64,000 bases of DNA from Chloropicon primus (taxonomy: Eukaryota). Below are positions 1 through 9,482 of the stretch, piece after piece. The position numbers were made by a program, and so were the translations under genes. The notes beneath the pieces are model-generated. The model was not told the DNA's origin and did not search any database. It was given only the letters and a program-made list of their open reading frames with translations. The stretch's first letter is position 1. Each line of letters starts with the position of its first letter. The stretch lies in the NCBI GenBank assembly GCA_023205875.1, contig CP060761.1, positions 434,001 to 498,000 on the forward strand, read 5' to 3'.

Positions 1-1205
1 GAGTGAGTCTTCGCAAATCCGATTCCGGGGTCTGTGATGATGCACCACGGCATGATGCCCCCGCGGGTGGCAGCGTGGACTTTCGCGCTCAGCTCCCCGG
101 CGACTTCCAGTATCAGATCCCCGTACGCGGTCTTCTCCTCGGACTGCATGGTCTTCGGATCGCCCCTCATGTGCATCATGACGTAGGGAGTTCCCAGCTT
201 TCCCACGGCGTCGTACATGGACTCGTCGAACCCACCGGCCGTGACGTCGTTCACGATGTCCGCGCCCGCTCCCACGGCCTCCTCGGCCACTCTGGGGTAG
301 AAGGTGTCGACGGACACGAGCACGTCCGAAAGCTCTTCGTCTCTCCTCACGGCCTCGATCACCGGAAGTATCCTCCCGAGCTCCTCCTCGCTGCTCACTC
401 TGTCTGCCCCCGGCCGGGTGGATTGCCCCCCGATGTCGACAATGTCGGCGCCAAGAGAAACCATGCGCCTGACCTGCTCCACCGATTTCTCCCTCGCCTC
501 GTACAGGCCGCCGTCGCTGAAGCTGTCCGGGGTGGCGTTCAGGATCCCCATGATGTGGGACCGCCCAGAAAAGTTGACGACGCGCTTCCCCATGGGAGTC
601 ACCCTCCTGATCTCCCCCCCGCCCACCAACGCCTCCCCGCCGAGGTCCTCCCAGGCCCTCCTCGCCTCCACCAGGCGACTCCCGCAGGACTCGCTCGAGG
701 GCGCCGACCCTGGCTCCAAGTCCGCAAGAGGTGCGAGCACGAACGACCTCTCCTTCCACCGGGGGTGAGGCACCCTCAGCCGCTCGTGGTCGACCTCTCC
801 GCCGCCGTAGAACACAATGTCCAGGTCCAGAGTCCGAGGACCGTACCGGATCCCGCCGACCAAGTCCCGTCCAGACTCCTTCTCGATGCCCTTGAGCGCG
901 TCCAGGAGGGCGACGGGCTCAAGCTCCGTCCTCAGGAGGACAGATGAGTTCAAGAAATCGTCCTGATCCTCGTAATACGCCGGCGCCGTCTCGTAGAGGC
1001 TCCCGTACTGCAAGACCTCGACGCCATCGTTCATGGATAAGGCTCGCAAGCCACGCCAGATGTTCCCAACCCTGTCGCCCTTGTTCGACCCGACGGCGAC
1101 GACAGCTTCCGTGGCGTACGTCTTCCTTGTCAATCCTCGGATCCGCAACAGGACGCAGGACGAAGACCCCTCGGCCAACCTCCTCAACCTCCTCAACGCC
1201 ATCAT
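1..1205 (-). CDS. Bifunctional HPPK-dihydropteroate synthase (folate synthesis), 3' end outside window
   Basis: Not in ORF track because there is no stop in the window. Manual minus-strand translation from ATG 1205: targeting-like N-terminus, HPPK motifs 'AVGSNKGDR', 'LYETAP...DQDDFLN', 'RYGPRTLDLDI', then DHPS motifs 'IMGILNATPDSFSDGG', 'DIVDIGGQSTRPGA', 'VSVDTF'. Confidence 0.93.
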   Translation of the reverse strand, partial: MMALRRLRRLAEGSSSCVLLRIRGLTRKTYATEAVVAVGSNKGDRVGNIWRGLRALSMNDGVEVLQYGSLYETAPAYYEDQDDFLNSSVLLRTELEPVALLDALKGIEKESGRDLVGGIRYGPRTLDLDIVFYGGGEVDHERLRVPHPRWKERSFVLAPLADLEPGSAPSSESCGSRLVEARRAWEDLGGEALVGGGEIRRVTPMGKRVVNFSGRSHIMGILNATPDSFSDGGLYEAREKSVEQVRRMVSLGADIVDIGGQSTRPGADRVSSEEELGRILPVIEAVRRDEELSDVLVSVDTFYPRVAEEAVGAGADIVNDVTAGGFDESMYDAVGKLGTPYVMMHMRGDPKTMQSEEKTAYGDLILEVAGELSAKVHAATRGGIMPWCIITDPGIGFAKTH

Positions 1206-1638
1206 CCTTCTTCCCTTCTCTCTCTGGCTCGAACGGAAGGAACGAACGGAGGTCCAAAATCCTCGTCAGAGCGTCGTTCGCTTCGAGAGAGACCTCTTTG
1301 GAAAGATCAAGGGACGATCCTTGCGCCTTCTCGATCGCCTCCTCCCTCCGCCTCTCGACCAAGCCTCCGCTACGTCGTCACCGCCCCGCTGGCCTCCATC
1401 GCCTTCTCTCTCTCTCCTCTCTGTCTCTGTCGTGTGGTTCTCCGTGAGAGGAGCTCGAGCTCGAGGAGCGTAACGGCTGAGAGGGAGGGAAGGGGAGTGG
1501 AGTGTGAACGGGGAGGACGAGGAAGATTAGGACGGAGAGCACGATTTTCGTCCACCTGATGTCTTTGCCTTTCGATAGAGCCCTTGCTTGAAAGAAACGG
1601 CGACCTGAGGACGGTTCAAGGACGGTTGAGGGGTTAGG

Positions 1639-2619
1639 ATGCCGAGGTCCATCGCGGACAGAGTCCATGAGAACCTGAAGAGGTTCTCGCCCGGGAGTTC
1701 GCCCGTGCAGCGCAAGGTGGACGTCGCTTTCGTCAAGAGCACCAACCACGACGATGGTCCGCCCAAGGACAAGCATGTGAGAAAGCTCCTCGCGGTGAGC
1801 GAGGAGGAGGACAGGGGCCTGCAGGTGCATCTGATCCGCCAGGTGGAGAGGAACGTGCTGCAAGGGACTGACTGCGTTGTTGTGGCGAAGACGTTGGTCC
1901 TTCTGCACAAACTGTTGCGGGAGGGTGGTTCAGCCTTCAAGGAAAACTTTTACAAGGGCTTCTCGCACTTGTTCGACCACCTGTGCAATTTCAAGGACGA
2001 CGCGAGCAGGATGAGTTGGCAGCTGTCCACGTTCATCAGAGCCTACAGCGCGTTTCTGCACCAGCGGTGCATCCTTTACTCGAGCTACCCGTACGAGCAA
2101 GACGAGTCGAGGCCAGCGGACTTGGACACCCAGGGGCTGCTCTCCGAGCTTCCGTGCATGCAGAAGGCCATCGACCTCGGCCTCCAGGTCGGTGTCTCAA
2201 CCGACGTCGTGGAGGCGATGTCCCCCGGGGGGCTGCAAGGGTACGCCCAGCACCTCGTTCTCGGGGACGTGCTCACGCTGTGCCTGTTCATGATGAAGGC
2301 CATCCCCACTCTGGTGGAGACTTTCTTTCGGAACTGCTCGCCGGCCTACCTCTCGGAGGCCAACGACCTGTGCCTGATCTACAAGGAGAGTCGGAACCTG
2401 ATCGAGAGGATGTCCAACCTGGACGAGTCGAAGCTGGGGCACTGGGGAGGGCTCGAGCTCACGATCCCACCGTTGTCCTTGGCAGAGTCGATGCAGGAGG
2501 CCATCGCCAAGGTGAAGAAATCCCCGGAACAAGTGGTGGCCAACCTGTCGGGCTTGACGGACATCTCGTCGACCTCTAGCCCACGGTCGCAAGGAGCGAG
2601 CGAGTTGCTTCTTCAGTAA
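1639..2619 (+). CDS. ANTH-domain clathrin assembly protein (AP180/PICALM-like)
   Basis: 'AFVKSTNHDDGPPKDKHVR' and 'VVVAKTLVLLHKLLREG' match the ANTH N-terminal signature. Confidence 0.85.
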   Translation: MPRSIADRVHENLKRFSPGSSPVQRKVDVAFVKSTNHDDGPPKDKHVRKLLAVSEEEDRGLQVHLIRQVERNVLQGTDCVVVAKTLVLLHKLLREGGSAFKENFYKGFSHLFDHLCNFKDDASRMSWQLSTFIRAYSAFLHQRCILYSSYPYEQDESRPADLDTQGLLSELPCMQKAIDLGLQVGVSTDVVEAMSPGGLQGYAQHLVLGDVLTLCLFMMKAIPTLVETFFRNCSPAYLSEANDLCLIYKESRNLIERMSNLDESKLGHWGGLELTIPPLSLAESMQEAIAKVKKSPEQVVANLSGLTDISSTSSPRSQGASELLLQ

Positions 2620-2669
2620 GACGCACGCTATGAATGAATGAATCACAAGCAAAAACGATCTCTCCTCTC

Positions 2670-3621
2670 TTAGTCCATGAGCTCCTCGTTGTCCTGTGGA
2701 ATGCTGAACCCCTCGACAAACGGGACGGAGCCACTCTTGTCGTCGTAACTGGAGCCCTCCCCCTCGCCCTCCAGCCCCTCCTTGAAGTACTTGTTGAGCC
2801 CACCGATGAGGTAAAAGAACTTTGCGTCGACCCCAGCGCTCATGAGCTCGGCCGCCGCGAGGAGGGAGCGGCTCTCTTGACCGGAAGGGAAGTTCTCCGT
2901 CGCCACCATGGTTCCCCCCGAGGCGCAGCAAACGATGACGGTGTTCGCTCCCCCTATCAAAGTTTTCGCCTCGGACACGAAAGACTTATTTTTCTCGACC
3001 GGCTTCACGCCTTGCGCCATGTAAGCCGCTTGCCTCACCAACGACTTGGCGGAGCGCAGGTCGTTCGCATCTGGGTACCGATAGAGCTGAGCGTTAGAGG
3101 ACCCCGAGGCGTGGTAAGCGGCGTAATCCTCCTTGGGGCGGACATCGAGCAGAATCACATCACTCTGCTTTGCCATCTTGCTCACTTCCTTGGCGGCCAG
3201 GCCCGCCATGCCTTCCCCTCCCCTGTGGCTGACCAAGACTTCCCTGGCCCTGGCCCAGCTCGCACTCTGCCCTGACCTCCGCAGAGCATCTCCACCACCA
3301 CCGCCACCGCCAGATGTTGCCTCGCCCCCTTGGCCCTTGGTCTTGATCCCGAGGGCTTGGCCAAGGCCGCTCTTCGAAAGGAACCCGGACACGGAGCTCC
3401 CGAACGATGCTTGCGCTGACTTCACCGCATCATCAATATCCTGCCAGGGAGAAGAATGATGAAACAAACGAACACAAAGTCAGCAGTTGAGGCAGTGGCA
3501 GAGTCACGACGAATCACGAACGGTTCATAAGATGATGCCGAGGAGGAAGCGTTCCACGACTCGGTCGCAGAAAAGATGTCGTTGATGATGTTGTTGATGA
3601 TGATGACGATGGATCTTCATC

Positions 3622-3654
<33 letters not shown>

Positions 3655-3823
3655 GATGATGATGTACCTTGATCCTCTGTTGGTTTTCGCTTCTTACGAA
3701 CTCGTCGTCGCTTCCGCGTGCTCCGAAGGGGCAAAGGGTTCGACGAGGAGGTCCGCCAGCCCCTCGCCTCGTCCTCGGACAAGACTTGACACGAACAGAA
3801 GCCACAGAAGGAGAAGACGCCAT
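2670..3823 (-). CDS. Rhodanese-like domain protein, probably plastid-targeted; exons 3823-3668 and 3440-2670
   Basis: 'VILLDVRPKEDYAAYHASGS', 'VIVCCASGG', 'SRSLLAA...YLIGGL' rhodanese motifs. Phase-0 GT..AG intron 3667-3441 with a CTGAC branch site joins a Ser/Arg-rich transit-like exon. Confidence 0.82.
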
Positions 3824-4253
3824 ACTCGAGAAGATCTGAGATCTCCCCTCGGCCTTCTTGATAAGCCTCTGGAGAGAGAGAGAGAGAGAGAGAGAAAGGT
3901 GTTTTGATGGAGAGGTAGAGGGCAAGGACGGGGTCGAGGGCGGACAGGGTGTAAATCAGTGGAAGCGTCTTGTCGCGATCTTTCGTTGCGTACCTTGTTT
4001 GAAGGAATTGAAGCTCGTTTGAGGATTTGACGACGACTGAGAGGAGGAGGAGGATTAACAGGCGAGTCCGGGAAAGGCTGAAGAGTTTGAGGAGGACGGT
4101 GAAGGGAAGGGGAGGGCGTCCGTGACGAGAGTGTGATCCATCGAAGCTCCGTTGTTCGATCGTTTGTTTGACACCTCGCTCGAAGGGCACGGCCGAGTGG
4201 GGAGAGGAACGACGCGGAGGCAGAGAGAGAGACAGAGAGGATCTTCATCTTCG

Positions 4254-4889
4254 ATGATGTTGGCGACGAGGGGGCGAGGGGTAGGGGGAGTGGCGCTCAC
4301 CCGCCGGAGGGGGCAAGGGTCTCCAGTGAATTGGGCTTCGTCCCAGCCTCGCGGCGGGAGAGGCGCGGAGGCGTTGGTGAGGGCCAGATCAGACAACAAC
4401 GTCGTCGTCGACGAGCTCGTCGCTGCGGCGAAGACGAAGGAAGCTGAGCCGGCCAGAGTCGTGAAGATGATGCGATCGTTGAGAGGTGAAGGGGTTCCAG
4501 GCTCTGTGCCTCTGGACGCCATTAGCGGCTCGTGGGACCTCGTGTTCAGCAACGCACCGCCGCTCGAGGCTCTCTACTACATCCCGGTGGACGAGATCGC
4601 AGTTTACGACAAGGAGCGGTCGACCACGGAGCTCACGACGGCGGCAGGCCCTTTCCGGCTTTCGTTCCAGGGCACCTTCGAGTACGACGAGCGGAAGAGC
4701 GAGATGACGTTTTCGTACGGGACGTTTGAGGTCAGCGTTCCGATTCTGCAGAAAGCGTTCCAGCTGGGTCCATGGGTTTTTGAGAGGGAGGCCAAGCGGC
4801 GCGTGTATCAGTTCTACTACGCCGACGAGGACATTGCTTGCGCTTACTCGCAAGCCGCGGGCGCCGAAACCCTCTTGAGAAGGATCTGA
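4254..4889 (+). CDS. Plastid-targeted fibrillin/PAP (lipocalin-like) family protein
   Basis: Arg/Gly/Ser-rich transit-like N-terminus, 'ISGSWDLVFS' GxWxLxF/YS motif and beta-rich C-terminus ending 'FYYADEDIACAYS'. Confidence 0.55.
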   Translation: MMLATRGRGVGGVALTRRRGQGSPVNWASSQPRGGRGAEALVRARSDNNVVVDELVAAAKTKEAEPARVVKMMRSLRGEGVPGSVPLDAISGSWDLVFSNAPPLEALYYIPVDEIAVYDKERSTTELTTAAGPFRLSFQGTFEYDERKSEMTFSYGTFEVSVPILQKAFQLGPWVFEREAKRRVYQFYYADEDIACAYSQAAGAETLLRRI

Positions 4890-4943
4890 CCCACCCACCG
4901 GATACATATATCTGCGTTCAAGTTAATAATGTAGTACACTTAG

Positions 4944-6254
4944 TCAGTTCACATCCGTTAAAAAAATGCTGACGCAGATGGCGTACGCGACCGGCAGCAC
5001 GACTCGCGAGAAGCTGTCGATTCCCTCCCCCCACCTCCTCCACCTGTCGTTGTGCTGGACCTCTTCTGCGTCAGTAGCATCGTCAGCGTCCCCGTTTGAT
5101 TGATACCTGGGGGAGCTGGTCTTTTTCTTGCCCACCATGTTGAACAAGCACCGGAAGTACGCCGGGACCAGGGTTTCAGAAGTAAGGAAGAAAAAGTACG
5201 AGACCACGACCGCCTCCAACACGGTGTACGTCGCGAACGCCTGCGACATCATCGAAAATCTTTGCATCCACGTCAACTCCGGTGCCGCGGGGAGCTGGTC
5301 CACGACCACCAAATCCGATGCCACTGCGGCCAGCATGGAGGTAATCGTCAGGCCCACTCTCTCCCCGGAAGATATCGGCAACCAGAACGCAGCAAAGCCT
5401 ATGATGTTGAAAATCATCTGGGAGAGCAAGAACCCCCTGATGTATGGCTGCCATGAACGATCAAACACGACCGTATAAAGCAGGACGGGCCACGGCGAAG
5501 GGTCGGCCGGGTAGGGAGGGTACTCATAGATCTCCGCGCTGACGTTCTTCAGCGTGAACTCCTGGAACGACTCTCCAGACGATTTGCTCCCCCCCAAGGT
5601 AAACCCTGTGCCGCCGAGCAACCCCAAGGAGATGAACTGCGAGCTGTAGGACCACGAGCCGAGCTCCAGCAAACACGAAAGGTCGTCGAAAGGAAATCTT
5701 TCGAGTCCTTGAAACTTGCAACTCGCTCTTAGGTGGCCTGGCCTGCTCCAGTAGACGTACCCGTCGCTCTTCACTATCGCCATCCCGCTATCAAAGGACG
5801 TGGATACGGGCTCTTGGGCGTTCCATAGAGAGATGTCTGGCGTCCAAATCTCGCTCACCTCGCCAAAGCCCGAGCCTTCGGCGATAAAAAAGCCTATCCG
5901 ATCCAAACCGCCATACTCGGTGGGGTCCCAAACGAGCCTCTTGTCGTACCACGCGATTCTCAGCCAAACCAACAGGTCAACGCTACTCGTGACGACGTTG
6001 ACATCGATGATTCTGTAGAAGTTCAGTCCAACTTCTACACGCAAGGGCTCGAAGACATACTCTCCTTGGCTCCCGTTCGTCGTCGTTACCGTGTTCGTCG
6101 GCGGAATCGCTGAACGTTCATAATCGGAAAGCAGCTCGTTCCGGAGCTCCGTCTGTACCTCGCTGACGTCGAGGCAAGTCACCACCCTCGAGGCGACGAC
6201 GACGACGACGAGGAGGAGGAGGAGGAGGACGCGTGCCAAGGGGGAGGAGGCCAT
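4944..6254 (-). CDS. Pentameric ligand-gated ion channel (Cys-loop receptor) subunit A
   Basis: Signal peptide, 'W.D.RL.W', 'IWTPDI', Cys-loop 'CKFQGLERFPFDDLSC', loop B 'GSWSY', four hydrophobic helices with M2 'GERVGLTITSMLA', and 'IDSFSRVVLP' before M4. Confidence 0.92.
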   Translation of the reverse strand: MASSPLARVLLLLLLVVVVVASRVVTCLDVSEVQTELRNELLSDYERSAIPPTNTVTTTNGSQGEYVFEPLRVEVGLNFYRIIDVNVVTSSVDLLVWLRIAWYDKRLVWDPTEYGGLDRIGFFIAEGSGFGEVSEIWTPDISLWNAQEPVSTSFDSGMAIVKSDGYVYWSRPGHLRASCKFQGLERFPFDDLSCLLELGSWSYSSQFISLGLLGGTGFTLGGSKSSGESFQEFTLKNVSAEIYEYPPYPADPSPWPVLLYTVVFDRSWQPYIRGFLLSQMIFNIIGFAAFWLPISSGERVGLTITSMLAAVASDLVVVDQLPAAPELTWMQRFSMMSQAFATYTVLEAVVVSYFFFLTSETLVPAYFRCLFNMVGKKKTSSPRYQSNGDADDATDAEEVQHNDRWRRWGEGIDSFSRVVLPVAYAICVSIFLTDVN

Positions 6255-6424
6255 CGGAGCTCCAAAAAAAACCAACCAAAACTTCCCCTCGTCCCGTCTC
6301 GTCTCTCCTCGTCCTTCTCCTCTGGGCGTTATGTTTTGAGCTGAGACGTAACGCTTCACACGTGTGTGAACAAGGCCGCGAGAGTCTTCTTGCTCGCTTG
6401 CGTCGTTGTCCTAGGTTTGAGACC

Positions 6425-7978
6425 ATGACCCGCTTCCGTGGCGGTTGTTGGTGGTCCGTGGCCGTGGTTGCCGCCCTCCTCGCCCTCCTCGCCTCAAGTG
6501 GCGTTGCCGAAGCGGCGGCGCAGAACGAAAGTGCTTCTGAGGGAGTTGCTTCTGCTTCTGCTGTGGTGGGAGAGGAGGAGTCGAGCAGGCCGAGGGAGAG
6601 GAAGGTCTACGCCTCGTTGAGCGAGGCGCAGCAGGCGCTGCGTTCTCACTTGCTCGAGAACTACGACAGGGGAAGCATGCCGCCGTACGTGCCGCCGGAG
6701 GAGGAGGAACTCGCGGGTGCTAATGCCAGCGCGGGGAACACCACGGAGCCAGTCACCGTGGAGGTTGGGATCAACTTTCACCGCGTCTTGGAGGTCGACG
6801 TCGTCAAGAGCGAGGTAGACCTCCTCACCTGGATGCGTTTTGTGTGGCGCGACACGCGCTTGTCCTGGGACCCCGAGGACTACAACGGGCTGGACAAGGT
6901 GTGGTTCTGGGTGGAGGACGGCGCGGGTCTTGCGGAAACCAGTGAGATCTGGACCCCCGACATCGAGCTGTGGAACCAGAGGGAGTCGATCAAGACGAGT
7001 TACAGCAACACGTTCGCGTCCGTCGATAGCGACGGCTCGGTTTTCTGGAGCCGTCCGGGAAACTTGGTCGTCGTCTGCAAGTTCGAAGGCCTTGAGAACT
7101 TCCCTTTTGATAACTTGATTTGCGTCGCCGAGCTGGGTAGCTGGTCGTACAGCGGAAAGTTTCTCAGGCTGGGACTCTTCTCGGGCACGGGCGTTTCTAT
7201 CGGAGGTTCTGACACCAGCGGCGAGGCCTTCTCGGAGTTCAAGCTCGACAACGCGACCGCCGAGCTCATCGTCTATCCGCCGTACCCCGCGGACCCCCTC
7301 GCGGACTGGCCAGTGATCAAATACACGATCTCGTTCCACAGGAGCTGGCAGCCCTACATCCGAGGTTACCTCGTCTCGCAGATCATCTTCAACGTCATCG
7401 GTTTTGCATGCTTTTGGATGCCAGTGGCGTCCGGCGAGCGGCTGGGACTGGCCATCACCTCTATGCTGTCCGCGGTGGCCGCGGACTTGGTCGTCGTGTC
7501 CAAGCTCCCGGGCGCTTCGGAGTTGACATGGCTGCAGAAGTTCTCGATGGTCTCCCAAGTTTTCGCAGCGTACTGCGTTTTGGAGGGGGTCGTCGTGAGC
7601 TTCTTCTACTTTCAGACGGGCTCTGACCTTATTCCTTCGTACCTGCAATGCTTCTTTAACAGGGTCAAGCCCAAGGCAAAGGTGGAGCGCACATTGTCCG
7701 GAAACTCTTCCGGGGATTCCCGCCTGCAGATGATGACGAACCCTTTGCAGGATTCCCAGGACACCGACGACGTGGCGGTCATCGGGAGGAGCTCGAGCTT
7801 CCAGCCCCGCGATGCGGACGACTACAGAAGCAGGGAGGAAGCCAAGAACAACACCAAGTGGAAGCAGTATGCCGACGGCATCGACAACTTCTCACGAGTC
7901 GTGCTTCCTCTCGGGTATACCGTCATTGTCGGCGTGTTCCTTGGACAGGTCACGGAGAAGCACGCGCGAACGCTTTGA
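6425..7978 (+). CDS. Pentameric ligand-gated ion channel (Cys-loop receptor) subunit B, paralogue of 4944-6254
   Basis: Signal peptide, 'IWTPDI', 'CKFEGLENFPFDNLIC', 'GSWSY', M2 'GERLGLAITSMLS', 'IDNFSRVVLP'; colinear with the neighbouring gene. Confidence 0.92.
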   Translation: MTRFRGGCWWSVAVVAALLALLASSGVAEAAAQNESASEGVASASAVVGEEESSRPRERKVYASLSEAQQALRSHLLENYDRGSMPPYVPPEEEELAGANASAGNTTEPVTVEVGINFHRVLEVDVVKSEVDLLTWMRFVWRDTRLSWDPEDYNGLDKVWFWVEDGAGLAETSEIWTPDIELWNQRESIKTSYSNTFASVDSDGSVFWSRPGNLVVVCKFEGLENFPFDNLICVAELGSWSYSGKFLRLGLFSGTGVSIGGSDTSGEAFSEFKLDNATAELIVYPPYPADPLADWPVIKYTISFHRSWQPYIRGYLVSQIIFNVIGFACFWMPVASGERLGLAITSMLSAVAADLVVVSKLPGASELTWLQKFSMVSQVFAAYCVLEGVVVSFFYFQTGSDLIPSYLQCFFNRVKPKAKVERTLSGNSSGDSRLQMMTNPLQDSQDTDDVAVIGRSSSFQPRDADDYRSREEAKNNTKWKQYADGIDNFSRVVLPLGYTVIVGVFLGQVTEKHARTL

Positions 7979-8033
7979 TGCAGGTCTCTATCTCTATCTC
8001 TAAAAATGTGTGTTGTTTACAAAGTTTAGAATT

Positions 8034-9237
8034 TCAGTCGCCTTGAAGTTTATCTTGGATGATAGCCGCGGCCTTTTTCAACCTCTTCCTAAGGGCCTTC
8101 TTCCCCCCCCCCCCTCCTCCTCCTCCTCCGTCGCCCTCGTCGAGGTCCTCCTCGTCAAGGTCCTCGTCCTCGTGATCCTCGTCATAATATTCCTCCTCGT
8201 CGTAATAGTCCTCGTCGTAATACCCGTCGTAGTCCTCGTAGCCGTACGGATCGTAGAAATCCAGCATGGCCATCTTCTCGGCCGGCTCGAAGTAATAATC
8301 GTCCAGGTAGTAATCGTACCACGAGCTCCAATCGAAATCCTCGACGTACCCTATGTCGTCGTCGGACTCATCAGAGGAATCCTTGGCGCCGCCGTACGGA
8401 TTGTAGGAGGAGGACCCCACGCCCATGGAGTAGGACGCCAGGGATCCTAACCCGCTTCCGCGCCTCCCCTTGCACCTCCTTCTCCGGCACCGATCCCCTG
8501 CCGATCCTCCTCCCCCAAGGTTCGACAGAAGGATGGCCCTCGCCGCGACGTGCTTGTGCGAGTTTGCCAAAGCATTCTCCAACGAGTACAAGATCCCCTG
8601 AAGGCTATCGTCCTGCTCCTCCTCGAGGAAGGTGCCCACTAGGTCTTCTTCCGACACGGCGTCATCGATCGCGTCCTGGTGGTCCTGCGATGCCGCCTCC
8701 CCTTCCAACCAATCCTGGAAGCTAGCCTCCTCCGCCAGCCACTCGACGGCGAACGTGGTCGACTGGAGCTCCGCCCTGTACCTCTCAATCCGCGCCTGGC
8801 ATGTCAGAAGAGCGGCGTTACAGACGAGTCAGTCAGTCGCAAGTTCGATGGCAATGGGTTGGTTGGTTTTCGGACGGCTTACCCTGGACTCCTCGAGCAA
8901 CTTGTTCACCTCGTAGGGCGATGAGCTCGGGCCTGACTCCGTGGAATTCTCAAACTCGGCCCGCTTCACGAGGCCTATCCAATGGTCGCGCTCCGCTGCA
9001 AATGAAAGAGGTCGGTCAGAACCAACGAAGAAATCATCGCGCGCGCGCGCGCGTTTGTCCGTTTTCGCACGTACCTCTAAGCCAGCTCCGTAGCCACGTC
9101 TGTCGCGTCTTGTACGTGGCGAGCTCCTCCGTCGGCTTGTTTTCCGATGTGCACAGCGCCCGCGGCAGGAGGCACAGTAACGCCAGGACGGCCGTTACGA
9201 TCCTGGTGGCGGTCTTCGTCTTCGTCGTCCTCCTCAT
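8034..9237 (-). CDS. Secreted protein (~345 aa) with an Asp/Glu/Tyr-rich C-terminal tract; exons 9237-9075, 8995-8883, 8795-8034
   Basis: Two GT..AG introns (9074-8996, 8882-8796) with CTGAC branch sites join three segments in frame. Exon 1 encodes a signal peptide 'IVTAVLALLCLLPRALC'. Confidence 0.72.
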
Positions 9238-9482
9238 CGCGGAAGCTCAGTTCTGTCGTCGTCGTGTCTGACTCAGGCGCGCCTGAGGAGAAATTCAAAA
9301 ACCATGTCAATCATGGACGCCTTGATGGCGGAGACGGAGCGGAGAGAGGGTGGAGACATCGTCCAATAAAGAGGTGGTCTTTTTTTTTCTTTTTTTTAAT
9401 GGTTCATGCTCAACAAGCAACAACGAAAGAAGGGGACTTTGCTTTCTCTCTGCAATTCTCTCTCCCTCTTTCCTCACTTTTT

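Noticed and set aside
3..947. Long + strand ORFs (314 aa, 154 aa)
   Set aside because: Antisense shadows of the minus-strand HPPK-DHPS gene, expected with high GC3.
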